A DNA stretch of 64,000 bases from assembly GCA_017475605.1 (NCBI GenBank), contig JAFVFD010000005.1, forward strand, positions 75,833-139,832, given 5' to 3'. Under the pieces are notes generated by a model. That model did no database searches and was not told the DNA's origin. It saw only the letters and a program-made list of their open reading frames with translations. Position numbers and translations under genes: made by a program. Shown one piece after another: positions 9,973 through 20,800 of this stretch (its first letter is position 1; each line of letters begins with the position of its first letter). This stretch comes from Alphaproteobacteria bacterium (GTDB lineage Bacteria > Pseudomonadota > Alphaproteobacteria > Rs-D84).

Positions 9973-10375
9973 TTGTTTTTGCCTTATAGTTTTCAATATA
10001 TTTACGATAGTTTGGATCTTCTGTATATTTGGTTATATTGAATTTATCCATTTTGTGTAATCTGTTTGCGATTTGTCGCGCAGATGACGACACACCATGC
10101 CCTATGTGCGCACGAAAAATAATTTGCGCTGGAACATATTTATGACTTTTGTGCATACGTGGTTCAAAACCCATGGCACGCACAATCTCGAACGACTTGG
10201 CATCCATTTGTTCAAAGTAAACATACGGCTGTCCGTTGCGCGCACGCACAACTTCTGGAACCATGTCAAAAATATCGACCAACAATGCCGCATCAAAGTC
10301 CGCATTGTGCCGAAAATTATTTGGCAATTTTATCTCTGGTTTAATAATACTTTTTAAGCATTCTTTTATTGTCAT
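9968..10375 (-). CDS. Hypothetical protein (about 135 aa)
   Basis: ORF with internal start MTIKECLKSIIKPE at 10375, preceded by AAGGTG. No recognisable family. Confidence 0.4.
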   Translation of the reverse strand: MTIKECLKSIIKPEIKLPNNFRHNADFDAALLVDIFDMVPEVVRARNGQPYVYFEQMDAKSFEIVRAMGFEPRMHKSHKYVPAQIIFRAHIGHGVSSSARQIANRLHKMDKFNITKYTEDPNYRKYIENYKAKTK

Positions 10376-10444
10376 AAAAACACCTTTATTCTTGCAACAC
10401 AAGAATACACGAAAAACACTTTTTGTCAATATAATTATTATTTG

Positions 10445-13400
10445 CTAGATTCCCACCCGATGTGTCAATTTCATCATAAAGATGGACTCATTACCAAATT
10501 CATCTGTATTATTTGGATTTACCCGATAAATGAAGCCCAACGCGCCGTCTGTAAACGCGCCAAAGTTATGGCGATATTCCGCATTGAATCGCAATTCCCG
10601 TTTATCCGCACTTAAATCTAGTTCCGCGATATGTGCATTCGCAATATCAAGTGCAAAATTACCATCATCGGTATCAACAATATGATAGTCGGCATACGCA
10701 TATTGCAGCGCACCATGCCGCACCGCCAATGGTTGCGCAACACTTAACCGGAAATTACCAATTTCGGCACCAATTCCAAATGCGTTTGATTCAAGTTCTG
10801 ATACCCCCAGGACAAAGTCCCCCGCCCCATCGGTTGTTGTGCGCGCAAATGTCGCACGCGCGGTAAGTGTAAAATTATCAAATGGACGAACACGCAATTC
10901 ATTATCAACATATATCGTTTCACCCGCACCCATATCAAGCAAACCATTCGTATATGCCCCCAAAACAGTATCCGTTTCGTTCACCGCACCAACGGTTGTA
11001 TCAAACCCAAAATATTTACCACGCCATGCAACATTTGCACCCGCACCACGTACCAGGCCCAACCGCGCCGGCGCATAATTTGCCGCTATTGTTGGGTCAT
11101 GTTCCAACAAAGATTCATCAGTTACCGCACCTGAAAACGCGCGCGCACCAAACGACCATTTACCGAAATTATATTCAGCATCCGAAATAACTGCATTTGA
11201 CGCAAGGTTCAAAATCGGATTGCTCATCCCTGAAAAACGCGACACCCCGTCGGTAAGATGCCGCTGATACCCCGCTGCCATATTCCAATTACCCGTTGTC
11301 CAATCTAATTTCATATTATCCAATCCGCCCATATTGTCATTATAGGCACGCGGTGATACCGCCATTGAAAAACCAAGTTTCCCCATCTGAATCCGATTTT
11401 CATCCGCATCATGCGTTTTCAATTCGCCCAACACATCGCCCATATAAAGTCCATGCCTTGAATTCGTCCCCAGTGCGAATTCATTTGTCCAAACACGTGG
11501 CAACGACAATTCACCATCAACACTGGTCAACACATCAAATGCCGATGTCCGTAATGTTGCATTACGCGCACCAAATGCCGACGACGACATAAATGCTGTA
11601 TTAGATGCCGCCCGCCAATACGCATTACCGGCATCTGACACAATATCGGTTCCATTATAATAGAAAATATTTTTCCCCGGTGTTGTTGCGCGTTCAACAT
11701 TGATTAACCCGTAACCAAATACTTCCTTGAACGCATCAAGATAATCAAGATTTCCAGCATTCACCATATACTGATATTCATTTGGCAATTCATACATACC
11801 CTGTAGATACGATTTCAAGTCATCTTTTGTAAATGTGGTACCCGATTCATTTGTTCCCAAGTACGCACCATCGGCGGTCAATGCCACCAGCGCAAATATT
11901 TGTTGATTTGTCAGATACGGAAAGGCCGACTTTACCGCCCCAAATGCACCTGCGGCACTTGCCACCGCTAATTCATCGGTAACACCCGCCGCGGCAAAGC
12001 ACCATGGGTCAATTCCGTTTGCCCCCATACCCCCAACACCACACATACGCGCCCGATAATATGTATCATCGGTTGTGTCCGGCGTATTATTTGTATTTTG
12101 CCATTGTGCCAAAATATATTTATTATTCGGCGAATAACCGGAAACAGTTGATGTTCCATTGGTCCCTGTCCCCTTTTGTCCAACGGCAACAATGGACGCA
12201 AATAAATGTTCCATATTCGCACCGTATACCAGCGGTGCCGCATTTTCAAAAGTCGCAACCCGCGCCACCCCAGAATATGCCGCATCCGTTGTTACCCCAC
12301 CGGTTGAAAACAGGACCAATGGTGAATAAGACGAACCCAGCCCACTGAAAAACTGTTTTGCTATCGCCCCCTGGGTACTGGCTGTTGAATCGGCATTATA
12401 ATATTTATTCACATATAAAGAAAATTGGTTTTGATAATCTTCTGATGTTGTTGCGGATATAGACAACAAATCGTCAATGGTCGCTGTGTCCGTCGCATAC
12501 AAAGGTGTAATCACCGATGCATTTGCTAATATGTTTGGACGCGACCGCCCCATTGTAACATCACCCGCGGTGTACAATGCCGCCCCCGCCAACAATGCCC
12601 GATAATTATAATAGTCAATAGTATTTCCGTTATTATCAACGCCTCCACCCGTTCTAAAAATTGTCATTTGTCCGTTTGGCATAAATCCCATAAAGTCGGC
12701 AGTAGACCCTGTTGTAACGGAACCCGCCACCACCTTGGCCAGCAAATTATCCATATCGGTTGCCGATGTATTGTTTATCGCGGTGCCATTACCCGATAAA
12801 TCAAACGACGCGACCAACGTCGAATCTTCCGATGTAGTATCATCGGTCAATGTTCCGGTGTCTGTGCCATAGGTTATCTTGTTATTATAATATTTGCTGG
12901 AAATCATATTGTTGGACGCGGCATTCACTTCTGTTCCGTTGTTATTAAGTGTTGTCCATGGCATCAATTTATCCGCCAATGAAGTATCATCCGCGGCATT
13001 GATACCATTTGCGGTAATTAACGCAACATTTATCGGTCGGCCCCCCAACACAGGTTCTGTTCCCAAATTATTTCCACCGATATTCAACGGTGCATCGGTT
13101 GATTTATTGCGTAATGTTGACATACCCATATATCCGCGTGCGAATGCCGAATAGCCACGCATCATAAGCAGGTAATTTTGCCCATATGTATTTGTCATTA
13201 AATTAAAGTTTTTATATAAAATACTGTCTGTATCAGATGGGCTGTATAAATCCAGCGCATTTGTATAATTATAATCTTCCGCCAATGATGCCGGGCCATC
13301 TGGCAAAGTAAATGCCGCGGTTGCATTTGTCGAACCACCGCCACCATTGTTGCCACCACCATGTGATCCAGACGAAGAAGAAGATTTATTATCGTTTCCC

Positions 13401-13825
13401 GGATCCAACCAATCGGTTAACAAAAACAGCCCCCCAACGATAACGGCGGCCCCCGCCGCCGTTAATGTTATGCTTTGGGCAGAAGATAACCCGCCGAATA
13501 ACCCACCACTGCTGCCGGTTGGTTTATTCCTGGAATTATACTGCTTAATCTGACGGTCGCACTTTGATGCATCGGCACCATACATTTGTAATATTTGCGC
13601 GGCCCGAACATCGTTATTCATTAACGCGGTACACACCAACGACAGCCCAGTTGAATCAACATAATTTACGTTTGCGCCATTGTTGATAAGTGCCTGCACC
13701 TGCTGAATATCGGCATTTTTAGCCGCAGACAACAACTGTGCCGCAACCATAAATTCATTTGTTGCACCAAACGAAACCGCCGGTATCAAGAACAATAAAA
13801 AGCCGAAAACTCGCATAAATCTCAT
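10445..13825 (-). CDS. Secreted ankyrin-repeat / subtilase-like (S8-fold, probably catalytically degenerate) protein with an autotransporter-like C-terminal beta domain
   Basis: Signal peptide MRFMRVFGFLLFLIPAVSFGA. Ankyrin repeats (AAKNADIQQVQALINNGANVNYVDSTGLSLVCTALMNNDVRAAQIL). The segment ...AGAFGAVKSAFPYLTNQQIFALVALTADGAYLG...GYGLINVERA resembles the subtilisin Ser-motif region and C-terminal GYGL(I/V)N, but the GTSMA, HGTH and DTG catalytic motifs are not recognisable. The last ~300 aa show alternating amphipathic beta-strand character. Confidence 0.55.
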   Translation of the reverse strand: MRFMRVFGFLLFLIPAVSFGATNEFMVAAQLLSAAKNADIQQVQALINNGANVNYVDSTGLSLVCTALMNNDVRAAQILQMYGADASKCDRQIKQYNSRNKPTGSSGGLFGGLSSAQSITLTAAGAAVIVGGLFLLTDWLDPGNDNKSSSSSGSHGGGNNGGGGSTNATAAFTLPDGPASLAEDYNYTNALDLYSPSDTDSILYKNFNLMTNTYGQNYLLMMRGYSAFARGYMGMSTLRNKSTDAPLNIGGNNLGTEPVLGGRPINVALITANGINAADDTSLADKLMPWTTLNNNGTEVNAASNNMISSKYYNNKITYGTDTGTLTDDTTSEDSTLVASFDLSGNGTAINNTSATDMDNLLAKVVAGSVTTGSTADFMGFMPNGQMTIFRTGGGVDNNGNTIDYYNYRALLAGAALYTAGDVTMGRSRPNILANASVITPLYATDTATIDDLLSISATTSEDYQNQFSLYVNKYYNADSTASTQGAIAKQFFSGLGSSYSPLVLFSTGGVTTDAAYSGVARVATFENAAPLVYGANMEHLFASIVAVGQKGTGTNGTSTVSGYSPNNKYILAQWQNTNNTPDTTDDTYYRARMCGVGGMGANGIDPWCFAAAGVTDELAVASAAGAFGAVKSAFPYLTNQQIFALVALTADGAYLGTNESGTTFTKDDLKSYLQGMYELPNEYQYMVNAGNLDYLDAFKEVFGYGLINVERATTPGKNIFYYNGTDIVSDAGNAYWRAASNTAFMSSSAFGARNATLRTSAFDVLTSVDGELSLPRVWTNEFALGTNSRHGLYMGDVLGELKTHDADENRIQMGKLGFSMAVSPRAYNDNMGGLDNMKLDWTTGNWNMAAGYQRHLTDGVSRFSGMSNPILNLASNAVISDAEYNFGKWSFGARAFSGAVTDESLLEHDPTIAANYAPARLGLVRGAGANVAWRGKYFGFDTTVGAVNETDTVLGAYTNGLLDMGAGETIYVDNELRVRPFDNFTLTARATFARTTTDGAGDFVLGVSELESNAFGIGAEIGNFRLSVAQPLAVRHGALQYAYADYHIVDTDDGNFALDIANAHIAELDLSADKRELRFNAEYRHNFGAFTDGALGFIYRVNPNNTDEFGNESIFMMKLTHRVGI

Positions 13826-13888
13826 GAATTTCTCTCTGTGTACATAATCTTAACACAGATTTAACAATTCTGTCTAGCAAAAAATAAT

Positions 13889-13915
13889 ATCCCCATGCGA
13901 ACATGGGGATATATT
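13889..13915 (-). terminator. Rho-independent terminator for the 13941-14741 gene
   Basis: Minus-strand hairpin ATATCCCCATG-TTCG-CATGGGGATAT followed by TATTTTTT. Confidence 0.5.
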
Positions 13916-13940
13916 TACATCAACACATATATAATATGTA

Positions 13941-14741
13941 TTAATAACATTTAGAACGAGAACCCAAAACAACGGTCGTTGTTGTACGGCACGCGTTTTG
14001 ATACAGACGTTTCTTTTTCTGTGGTTCTGTTGTGTTCACATTATTATCATGGCCGTTAACATTACCATTTGCGTTAACAACACCATTTGCATTAACAATC
14101 ACATTACCATTGTTATCGCCAGTGATAACAACTGTTTGTGTTGGTGTGTGTGCATTTGTACGAACAACAACAGTATCCGGTGTGGCAACAATTTCTGTTT
14201 TCTGTTCCGGACATGGAGTTGGTTTCACCGGTGCCGACTTCGCTGGCTGCGCTGGTTTAACAGGTGCTGGTTTTGCCGGTTTCACAGGCTGTGCTGGTTT
14301 TGCCGGTTTTGCAGGCTTTTTGGCTGGCTTGGCCGGCTTTTTAGCCTGTTTCGCTGGTTTTTCACATTTGCAGCAATCACATTTGTTTTTCGCATCCTTG
14401 CAATCACAACCTGTCTTATTACCTTGGCATGCGCAAGCCTTGGCTTCACGACAAACCGCCAAAGAATCACGCAAATCTGCTATTGTGGAATCACGTACGA
14501 CAATTGTATCGCGCAAAGCGGAATTTTCATCATTCAATTCACTAATGCGCCCATTTGCCGCTTCGACTGCGTTGCTGGCATCTGTCAATGCTGTATTGTT
14601 CTTTGAAACAAGTGTATGCCATTCCTGTGCTTCATCACGTGCAGCACGTTTATCGCTGCACTGTTTAACACCGAAAACAATAGCGATAACCGCAACCGTT
14701 CCCAGTGCGATATTTGCCCAAGTTCTTTTATCCATAGCCAT
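13941..14741 (-). CDS. Membrane-anchored coiled-coil, Cys-rich protein with (PAKPAK)n proline/lysine-rich tandem repeats
   Basis: N-terminal TM WANIALGTVAVIAIVFGV. A coiled-coil segment. Cys cluster CACQGNKTGCDCKDAKNKCDCCKCE. Then KPAKQAKKPAKPAKKPAKPAKPAQPVKPAKPAPVKPAQPAKSAPVKP, encoded by imperfect tandem DNA repeats at about 14235-14345. RBS AAGGGA. Confidence 0.5.
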   Translation of the reverse strand: MAMDKRTWANIALGTVAVIAIVFGVKQCSDKRAARDEAQEWHTLVSKNNTALTDASNAVEAANGRISELNDENSALRDTIVVRDSTIADLRDSLAVCREAKACACQGNKTGCDCKDAKNKCDCCKCEKPAKQAKKPAKPAKKPAKPAKPAQPVKPAKPAPVKPAQPAKSAPVKPTPCPEQKTEIVATPDTVVVRTNAHTPTQTVVITGDNNGNVIVNANGVVNANGNVNGHDNNVNTTEPQKKKRLYQNACRTTTTVVLGSRSKCY

Positions 14742-14773
14742 TTTTTATCCCTTTGGTTATACTTGATGACTAA

Positions 14774-14802
14774 AATATAGACAAAATATTATGTTTTGTC
14801 AA
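14774..14802 (-). promoter_or_regulatory. Putative sigma70 promoter for the 13941-14741 gene
   Basis: Minus-strand TTGACA (revcomp of 14797-14802), 17-nt spacer, TATATT (revcomp of 14774-14779). Confidence 0.45.
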
Positions 14803-14887
14803 GTATAAATTTCATTTTTATTATTTTATCTTGTTTTTCCCTTTGCGCCCCACACCGTTTTTTGATATAATTAGGCATCAGAGAGAA

Positions 14888-15748
14888 ATGATAAAAAAAC
14901 TTGCTTTTGTAATACTATCTTGTGCGCTGGTGCCTGTGGTTGGGCATTCGGCGTGTTCACGCGCGAATTTAACACGTTGTTTGGATTCTGCGTGTGCGGT
15001 TAACATATCGTCAAATCCGGCGGCACGTTGTCAATATTGTGGTACTGCGGATGCCGGCGAACCGAACGACGCGGGGTTGCGTGCCGTATCCGTTGGAACA
15101 TCTGCGAAATACAATATTTCGGCGCGCGATTTGAAAAGCGCCCCAACCGATCCCGGCGAACGCTATGTTTGGGCATCAAAAAAATGTATTTCTATTGTTG
15201 ATGGCTGTACCGCGGACGATGTGTCGGATGTGTACGATAAATTAATTGAACAATCTTGTACCGCCGCGGGAATAAGTGCACAAATGGCCGTACTATTCGA
15301 AAATGCGCGCAAGGTTAAGACAGAATCTGCATGTAAATCTGAAATAACGGCGTGTATGGTTGGCGAAGCAAAATGTACTTCTAAATACAGCGGCTGTGCC
15401 GAAGATGCCGATTTTGATAAATATTTTTCGGAATGTTCCATCGCATCTGTTGGTTGTGATGCGTATTTGTCGGACATCCGTTCAACACTTGCCACCGCAC
15501 GCGATCGCGCAATTAAAAACGCCGAGGAAACACTTTTGGCCATTGTCCAATCGTACAGGGATGCGCGTGCAAAACGTTTGGCTGCAATTACCAAATCGTG
15601 CGATGATAACTCTGCGCGCGACGCGTGTATAACATCTGTATGTAACCGCAGTATGCCGAACAAGTGCGATGCGGCATATCCATCTGAAAAATCTATGGCA
15701 ACACAGTTGTGCAAGTTTTATGACATAGCGTGTTCGACATTAAAATAA
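14888..15748 (+). CDS. Secreted cysteine-rich protein, C-x6-C module family, paralog 1
   Basis: Signal peptide MIKKLAFVILSCALVPVVGHSA. Repeated modules ACSRANLTRCLDSAC, CKSEITACMVGEAKCTSKYSGC, CSIASVGC, CDDNSARDACITSVCNRSMPNKC. The tool ORF start at 14831 precedes the signal peptide and is unlikely. Confidence 0.55.
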   Translation: MIKKLAFVILSCALVPVVGHSACSRANLTRCLDSACAVNISSNPAARCQYCGTADAGEPNDAGLRAVSVGTSAKYNISARDLKSAPTDPGERYVWASKKCISIVDGCTADDVSDVYDKLIEQSCTAAGISAQMAVLFENARKVKTESACKSEITACMVGEAKCTSKYSGCAEDADFDKYFSECSIASVGCDAYLSDIRSTLATARDRAIKNAEETLLAIVQSYRDARAKRLAAITKSCDDNSARDACITSVCNRSMPNKCDAAYPSEKSMATQLCKFYDIACSTLK

Positions 15749-15755
15749 ACGGAAT

Positions 15756-17792
15756 ATGTTGAAAATGAATACGAACAGAACCGGAATCTTTGGCAGAAAA
15801 ATTTGTAGTGTGGCCTTTATTATTTTGGCGGTCGTTGCCGATGCGTCGGCTGCAAATGTGGTCCAGCGAAATACGGTATCTTCAACAAATCGGGTTTCGG
15901 CCACACGTCCATCCGCCGCGGCATCTCGTATGCCAACAATGATGGTTAATGTTGGCGCAACATCACAAAGCACAACACCGGCAGTATCGGACACACCCGC
16001 CACGACAACAACGAAAACCACAACTACAAACACCCCGGAACCAACACCAAACATTGAAAACAAATCATCACAATTTGGTACGGGCCTTACATCTAAATCA
16101 GAAACCCAGATTGACACCGCGGCAACAAACCTGGCTGAATTGGTCCGCGCACAACGTGCTGCACTGGATGCGGCGGATGCGACCGCGGCAATAACTGCGG
16201 CGGCACAAACCGTTACAATCAACGGGGAAAACTCCTGTGATACCGCGTTGCGTGAATGTATGATTGGCAAATGTGGTTCTAATTTTGCAAAATGCGTTTC
16301 CGATACAGATACTACATTTTTCGATAAAATGGACACATGCCGTCGCACAACGAATTGTACCGGCCATGAATATCAATTGTTTTCCGTTGAAATCAAGGCC
16401 GATCGTGATTTAAACGCAATGCTGGCAAATTATAACGCGACAATCGATTGCGGTAATAATTACGATTCTTGTATTATCGCACAGTGTGGGGCTAATTATT
16501 CCAAATGTATTGGTAAAAGTGCCGGCGACACCGCAATTGCAAAATGCGAATCAATCGCGAAATCATGTATTGAACGCGATTCCGGTTTGGCAATGCGAAC
16601 AATGGGTGTATTTGGCGAACTACGCCAGGATGCCGAACGCCAGATAGCAACCGACGAACAAAAATTGTATGCCCTGCGGGATAGAATGCGCACCCTTTGT
16701 ACGCGTTTGGGTGCAATGTTTGACGAACGCAGTTTGGATTGTGTTTATACGGTTAATTTTTATGCTGGCAAGGACAACACGCTTTTCGCATCCAAAAAAT
16801 TATATGCTGGTTCAACATTTGATTGCACACAAAATTGGTTCGGTATTGATGTAACAACATACCGCGAAAACGCACTCCGCGAAACACGCGCACAAACCGC
16901 GGCATCATCTGCGATGCTGGGGTCCGGTCTGGGCCAGGCCGTTGGTGCATTCACATCGGGCGCAATTGGTCGTGCCGTTGACCGGTTCCGCGCCGACAAT
17001 GCCCTGGAAGATAAAATCAATGAATGTATGGAAACCCACAACATGACGGAATCAGAATGTCGCGCCAAGATTAGTCCATCATCTGAAAAAACGGACAAGA
17101 CGGGAAATGCCAGCGAAACATTAAAGGCCGCCAAAGCACAATTTGATGATATTAAGAACAAGTTGGGTACAGACGGTGAAGGAAGTTTTTCAACGGGCAC
17201 TGTTTCATCTGCGGCCACAGCGGCAGCCGGTGCTGCAACATCCCAAGAAGATGGTTCGACTAAAGAAGAAGTTGTTGAAGAACAACCTGAAGACGAAGAG
17301 GTTTCAATGTCCACCCCAGATAATATAGACAAACCAGTAATCGACAAGAAACAAACAGATGACGTGTATGATGTTAATTTGCCAACCTCTTTATCAACTG
17401 AACCAATAGCTATCATCAACGGAAAACTTAAGGTAAATGTTGACAATAAGTACGCAGATGCCATTAGAAACTTTGTGAAAGACGAACGCTGGAAAGGTTC
17501 TGAAAAGAAACCACAGATATATAAAAATGTCCCCAACCAAACAATAGAGATAAGTTTATATAATAAGGCCTGGACTATAAACAAAGACTTGCATGACAAA
17601 TGGTTGAAAACTACAAAAGTCGATTCAAACAATTATCCTAATGATGAAATGTTTTCAGTTTGTTCAACACTAGAAAGCCAGTATTGTAATGGTTTAGACA
17701 ACTGTGGCATAAGTTATGTCGGTCGTCATAGTGGCACAGAAGCCAACTATTACTATGGTTGCTACATCTCTGTGCCATACAGCGAACAATAA
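15756..17792 (+). CDS. Secreted cysteine-rich protein, C-x6-C module family, paralog 2, with a compositionally distinct C-terminal domain
   Basis: Signal peptide; Thr-rich linker. Perfect C-x6-C-x4-C-x6-C modules (CDTALRECMIGKCGSNFAKC and CGNNYDSCIIAQCGANYSKC), plus CESIAKSC. Acidic linker. The last ~165 aa (17290-17792) are visibly more A/T-rich. Confidence 0.6.
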   Translation: MLKMNTNRTGIFGRKICSVAFIILAVVADASAANVVQRNTVSSTNRVSATRPSAAASRMPTMMVNVGATSQSTTPAVSDTPATTTTKTTTTNTPEPTPNIENKSSQFGTGLTSKSETQIDTAATNLAELVRAQRAALDAADATAAITAAAQTVTINGENSCDTALRECMIGKCGSNFAKCVSDTDTTFFDKMDTCRRTTNCTGHEYQLFSVEIKADRDLNAMLANYNATIDCGNNYDSCIIAQCGANYSKCIGKSAGDTAIAKCESIAKSCIERDSGLAMRTMGVFGELRQDAERQIATDEQKLYALRDRMRTLCTRLGAMFDERSLDCVYTVNFYAGKDNTLFASKKLYAGSTFDCTQNWFGIDVTTYRENALRETRAQTAASSAMLGSGLGQAVGAFTSGAIGRAVDRFRADNALEDKINECMETHNMTESECRAKISPSSEKTDKTGNASETLKAAKAQFDDIKNKLGTDGEGSFSTGTVSSAATAAAGAATSQEDGSTKEEVVEEQPEDEEVSMSTPDNIDKPVIDKKQTDDVYDVNLPTSLSTEPIAIINGKLKVNVDNKYADAIRNFVKDERWKGSEKKPQIYKNVPNQTIEISLYNKAWTINKDLHDKWLKTTKVDSNNYPNDEMFSVCSTLESQYCNGLDNCGISYVGRHSGTEANYYYGCYISVPYSEQ

Positions 17793-17820
17793 AGTAAACG
17801 AATAAGAATTACAAAAGACA

Positions 17821-20800
17821 ATGAAAAAATTATTGATTGCTTTTTTATTTATCGTATCTGTAATACCGGCGGCATTTTCCGCACAGTCTGATGTGTATTC
17901 ATGTGGTATTGCGTCATCCGCTTCTGCACCGAATATAGTTCCCGCAGACAATTGTATTCCCCAGGATATTTTACGGGACTATCGTGTTATCAAGGGAACC
18001 GTTGTCAAGGCAAAAACAGATTCCAGGGAAAAGGTCGAACTTGTTTCCATACGTTTTACCCCGAAAGATAAATCTCAATCAAAAGAATTAATGTTCATCG
18101 CCAGCCCACATTTCGCATTTTATATCAAGAAAGGTATAGATGGTGATATTTCTTTTACTGCCGATGGATATCAAACACTTATATTACACCCACGTGATTT
18201 TGATGAAACCATGGGACGTTATGTTGAAATGGTACCCCAAAGTGCAGCCCCAACCACTACAGCACATGCTGTTGAAAGTCCAACAACACCAACATCTACC
18301 CCTGAAGCAAATAAAGCTGCAACCAGCACAACGCGCACACGTGCATCTACGCGTTCAGGTTCTACGCCACCAACAAATGGCGGTTCTGCCACTACCGCAA
18401 CAGTACATAAAAAAATTAACGGCAAGATTATCGAAGGTGACACAAAATTACCCGCTATTGGCGCATACGTTACCCCACGTGGTGTCAAATCGTCCCCGTC
18501 TAATTCGGGTATAGCCGATGAAACAGGTGCTTTTCATATTGAAATGTTCCCTGCAAACACCGACGCAGAGGTGTCGTATATGGGGTACACAACAAGAATA
18601 GTTTCCGCATCACAAATGAATGATGGGATGAATATTACACTTCAGCCATCTACAGAAACTTTGGACAAGGCGGTCCTTTCCATTGTTGATTGTGGCAAAG
18701 AAAAGCGTGCAGAATTACACGCACTTACAGCCGAAGTATTAAACAACACAACGTGTATTCCAACATCTTGTGAAAATGGTTATATTTTGGAAAAACCTAA
18801 AAACATTGATGCAAAATGTACATCTTGTACAGGTCGTGTTCCCCTGGCCCGCACAGTAACAGTTGAAAACAACCAATGTGTTCCTGACAGATGCGAAACA
18901 AACCTGGTACGCGTTGGCAATCAATGCTTGGTCGATTGTGATAAATTCAAATCTAAATTAAATGCCAAGACGGTAACACGAAAGACCCCCGGGCCAACAA
19001 CTATTGCCCCAAACAATGACTATTCTTCATTTTGTAACATAGAAAGTTGTATAAACCATTCTTTCAAAAAAATTGATAATCAGTGTGTCTTACAAACAGA
19101 CAAAGAATGTGATGATGTCGCCAAAAACATTAAATATGCATCGCCAAAAGGTAAATATATATACGATCGCAAGACCGATACTCTTATCTGCATTCCGGAC
19201 TCTTGTACAGCAACGGGATATGTTGTTAATAAGACTACTGGTCAATGCGAATTAAAAGATAACAATTGCCCTGCTGAAATCTTGGAAAAGATGGATCCAA
19301 ATGCATCGGCGGGCAGTATAAAAGAACGTGACCCCATCACAGGTGTTGCCAAAACATGCGAAATTACAGGGTGTAATAATTCCATGACCCCTAATTCCAA
19401 CGGCACCAAATGCGTCAATTCGCAATGTGGCTGCGGTCAAACTTGGGATTCAACAAAAGATGAATGTGTGTCAAAAACCGAAAGAACATGCAGTGTAAAA
19501 AATGTAAAACACGCAAAGCCGTCTGGAAAATTACAATGCCAAAACACAACAAGCATGGCATTGTCTGACGCATGCGACAAGAATACTAGTTGTAAAGAAA
19601 TCTGTGCTGTTACAGAATGTGAAGACGATTACAAATTAAACCAACAAAACAATTCTTGTGATGTTCCAACCGGTGAATGCGATTTTACTGGCGACAAACA
19701 ATTCGCCAAAGACAAAGGTATTTGGAAAGAAAAATCAGGTGTGTTGGTTTGTGAACCCATCTGTAATGGCACAAACTATGAACTTGACTGGAACCCCCAA
19801 GAAAAGAAGTATAACGGTTGCAAAGTTAAATATTGTCCATGTGGTTCAATCTTGGATGACTCGACAAAGTCTTGTAAAACATGGGCCGAACTTGGTAAAT
19901 CTAACTGCGACCCGATGCCGACTGGCGCAACAGCGGCCACCCGCAGTTGTCGCGATAATTCCAGTGGTGTCGAAACCACCAACTGTGCCGACGGTACATG
20001 TACAGAATTCTGTAAGATAACCGCGTGTGATACGGCCGCCGGATATATATTAAAGGATGGCACATGTGAATCTCAGGTTGGCAAACCATGTACCGCCGAG
20101 CAATTGCCAGAAAACGCGGTGGCGGGAACACAACGCGAAAACAATGGCAAGATAGAATGTGTTATCAGCAAATGCGCCAACGGATTTGAGGTTCGCCCTG
20201 ATGAATTGTCCTGTGCACCCAAAATGGTATTAAGTCCGGAACAATACCAAGATGAAATCGCCGAACTGGCCGACAACGCACAAAAAATGCATGAACGTGA
20301 AACATCGTTGGAAAATCGTATATTGGGCGCGGCGGGAATTGGCGCAACGGGTATTGGTGGTACAATGATTGGCGGCGCATTGGCCGAACGTCGTGCGGAC
20401 GATGATGCGGAACGCGCAATGCGTGCATATCTGGAAACATTCCATTGCGATTATGGTAATGGTACGAATGTAAAGGGTGGCGAAACAAATGTCGAATTAC
20501 CGGGCGGTAACGATATGATTGGCCTTTACACCGAATACGCACAACTTGCCAATGATTTAAAGATTCGCAAGGAAGCCCTGGGCCTTCGTCCCGGCATTGA
20601 ATCCGAGGTTGTTATTGACAAGGCCGAAACAGGTTTATACGAATACAGCAATAACGGTATTACCGGTGGAACGTACGCATCTATCGCACGTGCCCTGCTG
20701 AACCCAGACGGCGAAGATGCAAAGATGTGGGCCGCGCAACGCGCCGCCACCGACAGCAAATTAAAAACAGGTGCAATTGTCGCCGGTGTTGGTACGGTGG

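Noticed and set aside
15163-17632. Long antisense ORFs (15163-15714, 15740-16348, 16760-17632) opposite the cysteine-rich protein genes
   Set aside because: The sense-strand products carry signal peptides and conserved Cys modules. The antisense frames are low-complexity Ala/Ser/Val-rich translations without starts or RBS.
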